Source: Eledone cirrhosa
Taxonomy: Eukaryota
Length of the DNA stretch: 64,000 nucleotides
Assembly: GCA_964016885.1 (NCBI GenBank)
Contig: OZ024741.1
Span: 364,622,001-364,686,000, forward strand
Reading direction: 5' to 3'
A program made the position numbers and the translations under genes. The notes under the pieces were generated by a model that was not told the DNA's origin, did not search any database, and saw only the letters and a program-made list of their open reading frames with translations. This document shows, piece after piece, positions 15,101 through 27,813 of this stretch. How positions within the stretch are numbered: the stretch's first letter is position 1; every line of letters begins with the position of its first letter.

Positions 15101-15109
15101 GAGAAAGAG

Positions 15110-15164
<55 letters not shown>

Positions 15165-15229
15165 AAAATAGAAAGTAGATTCCATTCTGACACAAGGGCA
15201 AGGTCTCTCTGGTGTGAGGGAAACTTTCT

Positions 15230-15835
15230 CCCTTTTTTTACCAGCCTCTAGTCATGGAGGCCCTAACAAGTTTCATAAGCACTGTGCCTCTCTCCCTTCC
15301 CCCAGCCACAAACACTCTAACAAGATGTCATGAGCACTACCCCTCCCTTCCCTTTCTTCCACCAGTTACAAACACCGTAAGGCAGGTATGTCAAAGTGAG
15401 GGTCCTCCGAGGGCCACATGGGTCACATAAGTGTTGTCTGAGGGCCACACATGACAACTAATTGCGCACATTACAACTATTTTTTTTCATTTTATATTAC
15501 AAAGATAAAACATGCTCGCGCTGTAGAAATCTTTGTGCGGGCCACAGGAGTGCTTGTAAAGGGCTGCATGTGGCCTGTGGGTCTCATATTTGACATGCCT
15601 GCCCTAAGGTGTCATGAGCACTACACCTCTCTCCTTTCCACCAATTACAAACACCCTAAGGTGTTATGAGTGCTACTTCTCTCTCACTTCCACCAGTCAT
15701 GAATGACCTAACAAAGTGTCATGGGTGTCTGAGCCATTTCTCCCTCTCACCTATCATTGAGGCTCTAACAAAGTGACATATGCACTAATTGCCCCTTCCT
15801 CCCTTCCACCAATCACAGAGGCCATAACTAGGTTT
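15230..15835. repeat. Degenerate ~50-60-bp tandem repeat interrupted by a hAT MITE
   Basis: Recurrent CTTCCACCAGT..CTAACAA.GTGTCATGAGCACT. Confidence 0.7.
15383..15601. mobile_element. hAT MITE, same family as 28552-28757
   Basis: Same TIR and body. TSD CCGTAAGG/CCCTAAGG. Confidence 0.88.
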
Positions 15836-16140
15836 TATGTGTGTGTGCTTGTTGCTCTTTCTTTCAATATCTGCAATTTGGAACAACTGTTTCACTTGCA
15901 TTATATTTGTTGGATTGGCAGTATCGGTAGAGGGTCTGACGCCATGCTTTGACGCATAGAGTTACGGCCCTTGCCATTCTGAATTCAAATCCCGCCGAGG
16001 TTAACTTTGCCTTTCATCCTTACAGGGTCAATAAAATAAAGTACCAGTAATGCACTGGGTAATTGTTGGCTTTGCCAAAAAGTAGAAACAATTATATTTG
16101 CATTTTGAAAGGTATGAACATCTCAGCATCCAGTAAGTCC

Positions 16141-16243
<103 letters not shown>

Positions 16244-16253
16244 TATATATATA

Positions 16254-16350
<97 letters not shown>

Positions 16351-16450
16351 TCATCATCATCATCATCATCAACGTTTAACGTCCGTGTTCCACGCTTGCA
16401 TGGGTTTGGACGGGGGTATTCCCACTTGAGGCATATATATATATATATAT

Positions 16451-16803
16451 ATGAACAAGTAGTAAAAAGGAAAAAAACACAGTAGAAAATGGTAGAGGGA
16501 TTTTTTCAGTATAACATCAAAACATTTATTCACAAAGTAGGGATTTCCGCATTTAATCGTGTACCAATTTCAGCTTTATATGCTGTTTCAACGACTGAAG
16601 CGTATAGTGCAGTTAAATTGCATATCTATACGAAATGCACTTTAACTGCACTATACACTCATGTCGTTGAAAAAGCATATAAAGCTGAAACCGGTACACG
16701 ATTAAATGCGGAAATCCCTACTTTGTGAATAAATGTTTTGATGTTATACTGAAAAAATCCCTCTACCATTTTCTACTGTGTTTTTTTTCCTTTTTACTAC
16801 TTG

Positions 16804-16808
<5 letters not shown>
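16451..16808. repeat. Near-perfect ~360-bp fold-back in (TA)n with a degenerate hammerhead (~16662-16702, +)
   Basis: The two arms are reverse complements. Right arm contains UUGAAAA-A-GC-auauaaa-GC-U-GAAAC-CG-GUA. Confidence 0.8.
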
Positions 16809-16849
<41 letters not shown>

Positions 16850-17121
16850 CTTTTAAACCAAACCAGATTAAGAAATCTTTATAATATCTATCAACCAAAA
16901 GCTTCCCAATGAAATTGCTAAAGAAGATCAAGGACAATCAGCACTACTATTACTAAGTCTACTTTGCCTTTCATCTTTCTGGGGTTGCAGATGGGTGTGG
17001 GATGAATAAAATAAAGTACCAGTCAAAATCTGGGTTCATTTTAATCAACTTTGCTCTTTGCCTCAAATTGCTGGCTTTGTGCCAAAAATCAGAAACTATT
17101 ATCATTATTATAATTATTATA

Positions 17122-17310
17122 AGGGCAGTGGATTGGCAGTATCGGTAGAGGGTCGGACACCATGCTTTGCAGCAAAGAGTTACGGCCCTTTATGGTCTGA
17201 GTTTAAATCCCGCCGAGGTTAACTTTGCCTTTCATCCTTATGGGGTCGATAAAATAAAGTACCAGTAATACACTGGGATAATTGCTGGCCTTGTGCCAAA
17301 AGTAGAAACA

Positions 17311-17315
<5 letters not shown>
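17122..17315 (+). mobile_element. Abundant tRNA-derived SINE (representative; about 20 copies, e.g. 420-616, 4745-4964, 8035-8650 x3, 10452-10665, 15910-16095, 18627-18810, 26108-26467 x2, 29024-29225, 49875-50050)
   Basis: Box B GAGTTCAAATC, conserved middle CCGAGGTTAACTTTGCCTTTCATCCTTACGGGGTCGATAAAATAAAGTACCAG (resembles the Meta/MESC SINE domain), (ATT)n tail. Confidence 0.88.
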
Positions 17316-17349
<34 letters not shown>

Positions 17350-17624
17350 GAACACACTTCATATTATTAAATTGTTATTTGTTATTATTTTTTCTATTAT
17401 TTGACTTTTCTTTTCAAGATAAATTGTTTTAAAATTTTGTTAATTTAGTCTTTCACATAAATAGATAAAATAAAGGAAAAATAAATAGCATTCTTATCTT
17501 GGATATTAGACAAAATACATCACCTGGTTTAACATCACCACAGCATGGCCCTTGTGTGCCTTTAGTGGAGTCCACACTGTTGTAAGCGTTTGGGTCATGT
17601 TGCCACTTAGAGGATAATTTTTTC

Positions 17625-18150
17625 CAGTTGGAGTATAACTTTCTCCTGTTGAAGGTTAGCTTTCACCAGTTGAAGGTTAACATTCTTCAGTTAAAGGTTA
17701 ACATTATCCAGTTGATGGTTAACTTTCTCTAGTTGAAGGTTAACATTCTTCAGTTAAAGGCTAACATTCTCCAGTTGATGGTTAACTTTCTCTAGTTGAA
17801 GGTTAACATTCTACAGTTGGAGGATAATCTTTCCCAGCTGTAGGTTAACATTCTTCTCTTGGAGGGTAACTTTCTCTAGCTGGAGAATATTTTTCTCCAG
17901 TCAAAGGATAACTTTCTTCAATTGAAAAATAACATTCTTCCTTAGAAGGATAAGTAGGAGTATAAATTGCTTCAGCTGGAAGATAACATTTTCTGGTTTT
18001 CTCCAGTCAAGGGACAATTTCCTCCAATCAGAAAATATACTTTTTAGTTTGAGGATGGCTTTCTTCTATTGGAGGATAATTGTTTCCAATAGGAGGATAA
18101 TGTTTTCAGGTCAGCGAATACCATTCTTCAGTTGAAGAATAACTGTCTCC
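17625..18150. repeat. Degenerate 21-bp tandem repeat
   Basis: Unit CAGTTGAAGGTTAACATTCTY, decaying rightwards. Confidence 0.85.
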
Positions 18151-18892
18151 CTTTCAATTATGAAGGCCCTAAAAAGACTCATTGTTGTTGCTCCTCCCTC
18201 CTTCTGATTAAGCCATTAAAAACATTAAAAACCTGTCAAAGTTATATTTAGCAGATCATATTAAGAAGCCAACTGAAAATCAAATTGCCAAAGAAGAAAT
18301 AGCTTTTATTTATTTAATTATTTACTTTTTCATTAAAAAAAATTTTAAACACATAATATATACAATTAATTATTGCTAGGAACCTCACAAATATAATGCA
18401 CAAAAATATATGATTAAAGTGGGAGAAAAGGAAAAAATAAAACAAACAAACATACAAAAACAACCATCACTTCACACTAAGTGCGATAATTGGCCATACA
18501 CCACAAGAGTCAATGGAAAATATTGAGGCAAGCCAATATGCTTGCAACATTACCACAGATGATGGCTAGGCTAAGGTGCTGAAACAACCAATTATATTTT
18601 TGGGTATTATTATAGAAAGACACAAGCGCAGTGGATTGGCAGTATTTGTAGAGGGTTGGACGCCATGCTTTGCTGCATAGAGTTACGTCCCTTCACGGTC
18701 TGAGAACAAATCCCGCCGAGGGTAACTTTGCCTTTCATCCTTAAAATAAAGTACCAGTAATGCACTGGAATAATTGCTGGCCTTGTGCCAAAAGTAGAAA
18801 CAATTATTATAGAAAGACACTCCCACAGATTTCAGTGGGGAATAAATCGTTTCTTCGTTTTTTTCGTGTGCTATCAACTTACCTCATAATAT

Positions 18893-19294
18893 AGTCCTAA
18901 GGACTTTTTCCTGGAAAAGGGAGGAGGGAAATGGTGGTGACACACGGACATTTCATCCCTTCCCCAGGGATTAGGGTTAGTGTTAGGGTTAGAGTTGGGT
19001 TGGGGTTTTGGTTGGAGTTAGGGTTGGGTTGGCGTTAGAATTAGAGTTATAGTGAAAAGAAAACTCCGGGTGGCTGGTTCGAGGATGCCCCCTCGTCCCC
19101 CTCCGTTTTCTGAGGAAAAGTCCATTAGCAAAATGTTCATGTGTATTATTAGTTGGTAGCACACACCAAAAAAACAAAAACGAGTGAAAATGAAATGGTA
19201 AAGAAAACTCAGAGGAAGCAGGGGGTGGTGTGATAATTCCAAAGGTCTCCCCCCTCTCCCCCCTCCCCTTTTCGGGTGAAAAGTCCTTAGGACC
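18893..19294. mobile_element. Non-autonomous TIR element carrying TTAGGG-like repeats
   Basis: ~35-bp imperfect TIRs (GTCCTAAGGACTTTT..GAAAAGGG). Internal TTAGGG/TTGGG repeats at 18968-19050. Confidence 0.7.
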
Positions 19295-19395
19295 ATATTA
19301 GGACGGAACAAATAAAACGAAGAAAAAATTTTTTCCCACTGAAATCAGTGGGGCTATCTCTATGAATTTACCTACTTTTGAATCTTTCTCTCTTT

Positions 19396-19464
<69 letters not shown>

Positions 19465-19758
19465 ACACATACACACAAACGGTCCACGCTTCGTTAATAA
19501 GATTGTTGCATTTTTTATGATATATTATCCCCCAAGATGAGCGATAGCAGCAATAGTCACTGTGATGCAGTTTTAAGACAGCTGTCCACCATAAGGCAGA
19601 TATGAGTTGGATTCCAATCATTTTGTATCTAATCAATAGAGTTATCAAACTCGGTATCGAAGTATATAATATTTATTTATTTATTTATTTATATTTGAAT
19701 TAATACATAGAAAAAACAAACAACACGTGATTCAATACGGAAATGAAAGTTATATATT

Positions 19759-20242
19759 TAGTGGTTCCCAGCAGTGTAGGATTTACCATTATGCTTAGGG
19801 ATGCTTAAGCACAGGCTCCCGTTGGCCAGAGGGGGACCCATCTTCCTGTGTGAGGCTACCTGGCCTGCCTCCTTCAGGGCCAAAGTAAGAGGCTTCATAA
19901 CTGAACTAGCACAGGGCCTCATTTGTCCTAGATCCGACACTGGGTCCCAACCATTTTAACTCACGGCGCACTTTTGAAAACGTCAAAATATGCTGGTGGA
20001 TTTTGTTCCATAAATTCGAAACTTTATGGTACAAACTACGTCTCATTCTTAACAAAGTTGACAGATTGTGCTATTTTTCGCAAATATTGTCACTAAACTT
20101 TACTTGTTTGCCACATTGACAGCTATATATGAACCAGTTTGTATTTTTCACATCTTAAAACTTAATCTTAGTCTTTTGTGACGCATCTAGTTACATCTTA
20201 CGACTCATCAGTGCTCTGCAGCGCACCGTTTGGGAACCACTA
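19759..20242. mobile_element. hAT MITE with a second MITE (19772-19942) inserted in its left TIR
   Basis: TAGTGGTTCCCA...TGGGAACCACTA. Nested CAGTGTAGGATT...GATCCGACACTG is flanked by a GTTCCCAG/GGTCCCAA-like duplication. Confidence 0.7.
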
Positions 20243-20439
20243 ATACATAAGAATATTACTTTTAAAAAATCAGTCGAAAATCGAATTGTCTAGCTGGTAA
20301 AGAGGTTAGATCGTCCGATCAAATGTTTGACATTTGAAACAACATTGAACCTAAGCAACTTAATTCCATACGTATACACACACACACATACACACGCACA
20401 CACACAGACACACACGCTTGTGTGTGTGCACACAGAAGA

Positions 20440-22535
20440 AGTCATCATCATCCTTTGTCATGATTGAACAACCAATTCCAACCAATCGTGATTCACAGTA
20501 CGATCGAATCCCACAGTTCTTGACCATTCATCGCAACCAAATTAATTGATGACAATTTCTGAGTCAAGTGCAATGACATCTACGAAAGTGAGTTTTCTCC
20601 AGAAGACTCTTCCTGTCAGCCTACAAAAGATGAGGGATGAAATAATCTCTATGGCTGCTTGATAACAGTGACCAGCTGATTGTAGTTGTTTTTGACATAG
20701 ACGCGTGGATACTCCATTTCCTCAAGTATTCGTCGAATACGTAGGATCTGGGAAATAGTTGACCCTTCCTTTCTGAACTCGTTTTGATTTCTTCTTAGAA
20801 GAGGGTCGACAGTAGGAGTTTGTTGTAGATTTTCGCAACAAGTAGGTTGAGTGAAATTTCTCTGTAGTTAGATGTGATGGTTAAATCGCCCTTCTTTGAG
20901 CAGTTGGAGGAGAGTTGTGAGGCAAGGAATGGTAGCACAGCTTTAGGAGAAAATCGTGGAATATTGGGTCCTTCCAGATGAAGGCTGGTTTGTTGTCCAA
21001 ACCAAGCAATTTGTTGCTGGAAAGGGATTTGATAACAAAATGTACTTGGAATGTCAAGATGTTCTGCTATGTTAAGATTATTCAATGTCTGGTTAGCTGG
21101 TAATTTTGGTGGTTTACCCAGCAGTTTTATTGAGTGTTGCAGCCAATTTGCTTTCCAGCTTTCATCTGATCCATCTTTTATCTTGGGTAGTGGTGTAGAT
21201 TTACGATCCATTAGTTCATTTATTGTTGCCCATGTAGCAGCATGTTGTTTGCTGCGTGTTGATTGGAAATTTGTGCTATCTTGCCTTGTATGTAATGTTT
21301 AAACATTCACATAGGCTTCATCAAGTTGTTTCTGCGCTTTGTTCGCCTTTTTTAGATTGATTCTTGTTGGATTCTTATCGCACAGCTTTTTAGTAGATAA
21401 CAAGGCCTTGCGTGTGTTCTTCACGAGAGTGTGGACACTGAGTGGTTGTTTCTTGGACTTCTAAGGGAGGGTGTCAAGCATTAATTCTTCGGTGGATTGA
21501 ATCAATTTGTTCTATGTTGTTTTAATGTCCTCAGAAGGTTCAGTAAGAGCTTCATAACGATTTCGTAAATCGAGAGCAAATTTAAATTTTTGTGTTGGAT
21601 GTTACAAGCTTCCAGTCTATTCCTTTCATTAGGTCAGGTGAGAGTTACTTTGATATCCCTAGGGCTCATACGAGTAGTACACCAGACGATTCTATAGTCA
21701 GAGCCTACAGTATGGAATGAACGCTTAGGCGTTCTTCCATTTGTTGCGAACAAGAATGTAGTCCAACTGGGTGTTGGAATGCCTACAACTTTTTAGGCGA
21801 TATCACGAACCATTGTGAGATGGTATTCTTCAGTTAGATCGACCAGTTTCTTACCATTAAGACTGGCCCCGTCGTTGTATGTAAAGAGAAATCCTGAGAG
21901 CTGATTAGGGCATTGACATCTCCGACAAATAACAGGATGTTGTGTGCTGGGATACTACCCCCAAAACTTTTCAGATCTTGATAGAATGCATCGACATAGA
22001 ATTCATCCCTGGTGTTGGTAGGACTACATGAAACACCTGTTGGTTTGGGGTTGCAGTTGAATTCTGCAACTATTATTCGATCGGAAATAGTTTATGCATT
22101 CAGTAAGTTGTTGGTTGTTTTGGGGATAGAAGGATTTCTATTCCCCATATCGTAGATCCTTGACTGTTTTTACTTACTGAAACTATTCTCAACTGGTGGT
22201 TGTTGATCGTGGTGCATTCGAGTTTAGAGGGTTCGTGATAAATCGATGCTCCTGAATGTACAGTACATCAATTCTGTTTTGAATAGTGCAAATGACAAGT
22301 CACTCTTGTTTGCTTTTCACTAATAGAGTTCTAGCATTGAATGTGGTGTAAATTGTAAGTCTTTTGTACATCATAAGTCAGGTCGGATCCACTCCTTTTC
22401 GATCGCGAATATCCCACTCCAGGGAGTTTAGGGCGATCTGGTCACACGATGTTTCGCCAAAACAAGATTTGAACCTAGATCCGTGATGTCAGTGACATCA
22501 GCTCTGGTGCTTGATTCGGTTGTACTACTCATCCT
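20440..22535 (-). mobile_element. Degenerate RTE-clade LINE: APE endonuclease, start of RT and 3' end (internal deletion)
   Basis: Minus-strand remnants TFNARTL, IDVLYIQEHR, LLFVGDVNA, QLDYILVR, KKGDLTITSNYREISL..KIYNKLLL, QILRIRRILEE. (GAT)n tail at ~20442-20452. Confidence 0.85.
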
Positions 22536-22540
22536 TTCGA

Positions 22541-23540
22541 TCTTAGACTTAAAAGCTCCCGTGTCTTGCGGCGCATGAAACAGCTAAAGTGCTCCAATGA
22601 TCACGGTCAGTAGCATCTATCAATACATCGTTCCAACTTTCGTTGACGGGTCTCAGCTCCCTGTCAACTGTCTACCGCCAGTTCATCTTTGGATGTTCTC
22701 TTCGCTTCTTTCCATAGGAGTACCAATACAGGACCTGATTAGCATGTTTCTTATTTGGGAGTCATGTGACATGTCCCAACCAGCCGAGTCGACACTTACA
22801 TATGATGATAGACACAAGTTGTTGGTGGGTTCGTTGACGGACTGTAGAAATGAGTTGTGACGTCACTGGTGTCAAGCTGTATCGGTCATTGCCTTTCCCT
22901 TGGACAACATCCATGGCGTGGCGAGGGGATGCTGGTATACATGGGCGACTGCTGGTCATCACAAACAACCTTGCCTGGACTTGTGCCTCGGAGGGAAACT
23001 TTCTAGGTGCAAATTCCATGGTCATTCATGACCGAAGTGGGTCTTTACTCGTTGATGGACTTCTTTGTTGGCAAGGAAGTTATTCTAACAGATGCCAAGG
23101 CTTTTGCGTAGGTATTTGGTGTCAAAAGCATCTTATTGATTCTCTTGGCTGGTCTTCAAACTCCACGTTTCGCACCCGTACAGGAGCGTTGAAATTCTGC
23201 AATCAATTTCTTTCGCCATGTCACCACTTCTGTTGACAGAGCTTCCAAGGTAGGTGAAATCATCTAAACCTTCACATCCTCCTGATTGATGCAGATGTTT
23301 GATGGTGATGTATAAATACCAACTAGCATGTTCTTCGTCTCTTTGACACTGATGTGGAGACCGATGCTGGCTGTAGGTAACGCCATATATACTGCAAGTT
23401 GATCGTTGAATACAAAAATGTGGTTCGTTGGACCTCCGTCCGGATGATTTTCCGGAGTCACAACTTCATCATTGTAACTTACTTTCATCCCATTGATTTT
23501 TCCACGTACAAGGCAGTAATTCACCAACGAGGAATCACTC
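22541..23540 (-). mobile_element. Second degenerate RTE LINE 3' fragment
   Basis: GLHISVKETKNM, FTYLGS, TLLYGCETW, RLGWLGHV. (GTCTAA)-type tail at ~22543-22552. Confidence 0.8.
22844..23048 (+). mobile_element. 5'-truncated SINE inserted in the RTE relic, 13-bp TSD
   Basis: Homologous (reverse complement) to 1430-1635. TSD TCGTTGAYGGACT at 22831-22843 and 23049-23061. Confidence 0.85.
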
Positions 23541-24223
23541 TTCTTCTTCTTCTTCTTCTTCTTCTTCTTCTTCTTCTTCTTGAATACAGTAAACATGATA
23601 AATATAGGGGTTACAATACATTAGGGGATTCACAAAACAAAGTTCTGTAAAAACGAAGGTACAGACAATAGCATTATATAGTAGAGAGATTCTTCTTCTT
23701 CTTCTTCTTCTTCTTCTTCTTCTTCTTCTTCTCCCATTTTTATACAGGGCGGCAGACCATTCACCCTGTCACCAAAACCTCGTTTGCCTCAACATACACA
23801 TTCACACACATACACATGCATATGCGCACACACCAACCCCACATACTCACATATGCGTCCACATACAAATGTATGTACAGAATACACATGCATATAACCA
23901 CCTATACACAAATGCATGCGTGTACGCATGTACGTATGCACGCACACACACATACACACAAGAAGAAGAAGAAGAAGAAGAAACCACTTTTAGTTATATT
24001 TTTAAATCTGCCTCGCACACACACACGCACATTCATGCACATACACGCACGCACACACGCACACACATACATACACACACGCACACACACACACACACAC
24101 ACACACGCGCGCGCGCACACACACACACACACGGTTAAAACTTCTTGAATAGGATTGTTGGCTTCTTTTTAAGATTTACATCTTATAATATTATTCCTAA
24201 AAATGAGAAGCAACACAGCGAAG

Positions 24224-24294
24224 GTATCAGTTGTCCATTGGTAACACAGCTGTCCGGCATAAGGCAGATCCAAGTTCGGTTCCAACATAGAATA
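24224..24294 (+). pseudogene. Decayed tRNA (Gly-like) sequence in a repeated ~0.4-0.5 kb unit; paralogues ~19556-19626 and ~25616-25680
   Basis: Ungapped manual alignment to the tRNA-Gly(GCC) consensus: GTATCAGTTGTCCATTGGTA...CCGGCA...GTTCGGTTCC. Confidence 0.45.
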
Positions 24295-24442
24295 TCACTT
24301 GAAAAAATCTTACAGAAAATTGAATTGCCTAGCTGGTTAGAGCGTCTCATCAAATTATTGTCGTTTTAAAAGACGTACAATCTAAGATGACAAATTACGC
24401 CATTTAATAGAAAAAGGGAAAAAAAAATTAAATTGGGAAGAA

Positions 24443-25093
24443 ATAATTGTTTCTACTTTAGGCACAAGGCCAGCAATTTGGGGTGGGGGTGGTGAGAAGA
24501 AAGTCGATCAAATCGACCCCAGAACGTGACTGGTACTTTATTTTATCGACCGCGTAAGGATGAAAGGCGAAGATAACATCGGCGGGATTTGAATTGAACT
24601 CAGATCATAAAGGGCCGTAACTCTATGCTGCAAATCATGTTGTCCGATACTGCCAACCCACCGCGCTAAATTGAGAAGAAATAATGGTTTCTTATATAGG
24701 CACAAGGCCAGTAATTTGGGGGTAGGGGATAGTCGATTAAATCGACCCCAGTGCGTGACTTGTACTTTATTTTATCAACGCCGTAAGGATGAAAGGCAAA
24801 GCTAACCTCGGCGGGACTTGAACTCAGACCGTCAAGGACTCTATGCTTCAAAGCATAGTGTTTTACGCTCAAACGACACTGCCATCCACCACCCCGAGAA
24901 GAAATAATTGTTTCTACTTTAGGCACAAGGCCAGCAATTACCCAGTGCATTACTGGTACTTTATTTTATCGACACCGTAAGGATGAAAGGCAAAGTCAAC
25001 CTCGGCGGGATTTGAACTCACATCGTAAAGGGACGTAACTATGCTGGAAAGCATGGCGTCCGACCCTCTACCGATACTGCCAATCCACCGCCC
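24443..25093 (-). mobile_element. Three head-to-tail copies of the abundant SINE
   Basis: Copies at ~24443-24666, 24683-24895 and 24903-25093, each preceded on the plus strand by GAAGAAATAAT. Confidence 0.88.
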
Positions 25094-25134
25094 CGAGAAG
25101 AAATAATGGAATGTAAAATAAGAAATTGTATAAA

Positions 25135-25336
25135 AAAAAGGAAACGGAAGGGAAAGGCAAGGGCTCCAGTGTCACAGAAGAATGGGGAAGATGAGGGTGA
25201 TTGGGCTTTGGGCCTAGGGCAAGGTGGTGTTGGGACTGCACCCCGCTGACAGGACCGCAAAAGCATTCCTGCAGACAATGGCCATCGACACCCACTGCAA
25301 CAGCCACTCCACCTGGCGGGGCTCCTTCCTCAGATG
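25135..25336 (-). mobile_element. CRE-clade 3' fragment (same family as 26996-27335)
   Basis: Reverse-complement similarity to 27128-27332. Confidence 0.72.
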
Positions 25337-25345
25337 GGATATATA

Positions 25346-25393
25346 TAATTTTGATAAACACTAATAAGTGAGAAACGATGGCATCGTCGATTA
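25346..25393 (+). ncRNA. Type I hammerhead motif with U3-A8 core variant
   Basis: UAAUU-UUGAUAA-A-CAC-uaauaa-GUG-A-GAAAC-GAU-ggc-AUC-GUC^GAUUA. All three stems pair and the motif follows a short (TA)n. Confidence 0.72.
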
Positions 25394-25915
25394 CTTCCTC
25401 CTGTTTTTGCTGAAGCTAGGTATATGACGTTGGTCATAATCTGAAAATTCATAGGCCTTCAAATGTTTTTCATAAACATCCCGTATATCATTCGATATAC
25501 AATACATACGCTTTTAGTTATATTTTTTAATCTTTCTCGTATATACACATACATATTGAACGCTTCCTTAATAGAATTGTATGATATATTAACCCTGAAA
25601 ATGAGAGGCAAAATAGGGATTGGCGCTGTGGTTAATTTGTAACTAGACTGGTACAGGCGAGTTCAATTCCCACAACATATAACTTAAAAAAAAAAAATTA
25701 ATAAAGTAATCAAACCTGTAATCGAAGTATATAATATTTATTTATTTATATATTTATTTTAAATTATTTATATCTATTTGAGCAAATGCAGAATATCTCC
25801 CCCCCAACAAAAGCTACATGTCATACGAGACGGAAAAAAAAAGTTATTTACTTAGAATATCACTTTAAAAGTTTCATCTGAAAATCGAATTGTTTAACTG
25901 TTACAGGGGTTAGAG

Positions 25916-26864
25916 CAGAGGTTCTCAAATTGGGTGCTACCCCCCAGGAGGCATTGAGAAGGCCCAGGGGGCGCTGGGGCCTAAGGGGCGGTGGGGGATT
26001 GAGATGATATAGTAGTTTATTAAATATCAAATGATACATATATATATATATAAATATAGTAAAATAAAAAAAAATATATTTATTATATTTATATATATAT
26101 ATATATCAGGGCGGTGGATTGGCAGTATCGGTAGAGAGTCGGGCACCATGCTTTGCAGCATGGAGTTACGGTCCTTTACAGTCTGAGTTCAAATCCCGCC
26201 GAGGTTAACTTTGCCTTTTATCCTTACGGGGTCGATAAAATAAAGCACCAGTAACGTACTGGGGTCGATTTAATCGACTTTCTCCTCTCCCAAGTTACTG
26301 CTTCTGCCTATACTAGAAATCATACGCCATGCTTTGACGTATAGAGTTACGGCCCTTGCCATTCTGAGTTCAAATCCCGCCGAGGTTAACTTTACGAGGT
26401 CGATAAAATAAAGTACCAGTAATGCACTGGGTATTTGCTGGCCTTGTGCCAAACGTAGAAACAATTATATAGTATATATAAACACTGTGCGGCTTAATTC
26501 GGGCTGTTTGTTTACAAACAAACCGAGCATTATAATAAATGTTCGGTAAACCCATACGTACATATATATATATATGTGTACATGTATGTATATATATATA
26601 TATATACTACTGTACGTCTGTATACATATATGTATGTACGTATACATACTTATATTTGAGTATCAGCCGTACTAAGATTGAGATATGAAATTTCATTTTT
26701 TCCATTTATATATATATTATTATATATAAATTGACGATTTTATTTATTATATGTTATTTACAATTTGCATGGAGACAGGTATCTCTGGAAATAGGGTTGA
26801 GGGGCGCTGAGGGTATTACGTGGCCGCGAGGGGTGCGGTGGCCAAAAAAGTTTGAGAATCTCTG
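25916..26864. mobile_element. hAT MITE containing two nested SINEs
   Basis: TIR CAGAGGTTCTCAAA / TTTGAGAATCTCTG. TSD GGTTAGAG/GGTGAGAG. Confidence 0.85.
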
Positions 26865-26995
26865 GGTGAGAGCGTTCGATCAAATGATTGGGGTTTTAAA
26901 CGATATACAACCTAAGAAGAAGAAATCGCTTTTAATTATATATTTGAACTTTCTCGCATATACACAAGCCGGTTCAACGCATCCTAAATAGAATT

Positions 26996-27335
26996 GTGCG
27001 AAGACAAACAAATATTGGGGATTGTCCGGCCACTTCCTCTTCGCGCCGGTTGCCGTCGAGGCCCCAGGCTTACTTGGACCCCATACTACCGAGCCCCTCC
27101 GCAAGAAGATCGGAACGTAGCAGCCCGTCTGAGGAAGGAGTTCCGCGAGGTGGGATGGCTGTTGCAGTGGGTGTTGCTGGCCATTGTCTGTGGGAATGCT
27201 TTTGTGGTCTTGTCCACGGGGCGTAGCCCAATACCGCCACGCCCTAGATCACTGGCCATCATCGACCCCTTTCCCCCTCCCATTTTTCTGTGACACTAGA
27301 GCCCTTGCCCCACCCTTCCTTTTCCGTTTTCTTAA
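26996..27335 (+). mobile_element. CRE-clade 3' fragment
   Basis: KTNKYWGLSGHFLFAPVAVEAPGLLGP, then (frameshift) WLLQWVLLAIVCGNAFVVLS, matching the 50.3-kb RLE motif order. Confidence 0.75.
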
Positions 27336-27697
27336 CTACAAAAGACACTTGCAAATTTTTTAAAATAAAAACATTTGCGATATATTAGCCACAAAATAGG
27401 AAATATAAACACGCTTGACCCTGTGGTACAGTTTCGAAATAGAAATTATATCTACACACCGAACAGATGCAATGTTCCGACAGATTACAGAATCAGCAAA
27501 TATAAATGAACTTTGACCAAAATTATATAGAGAGACACGAATGGAATAATAACAACCTCACAACATAGTGACTAAGGACAATATAAAGACACACGAGAAC
27601 AAAGCCACTAAGATACATAGACAGCCGCTCCCCCACACATATAGAATACAAACATTAGGATAACAGCTAACCAGTGACAAGTAGGAAAAAGAGAAAA

Positions 27698-27813
<116 letters not shown>

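Noticed and set aside
18968-19050. True telomere or chromosome-fusion relic
   Set aside because: Short, degenerate and enclosed within TIRs of a small element.
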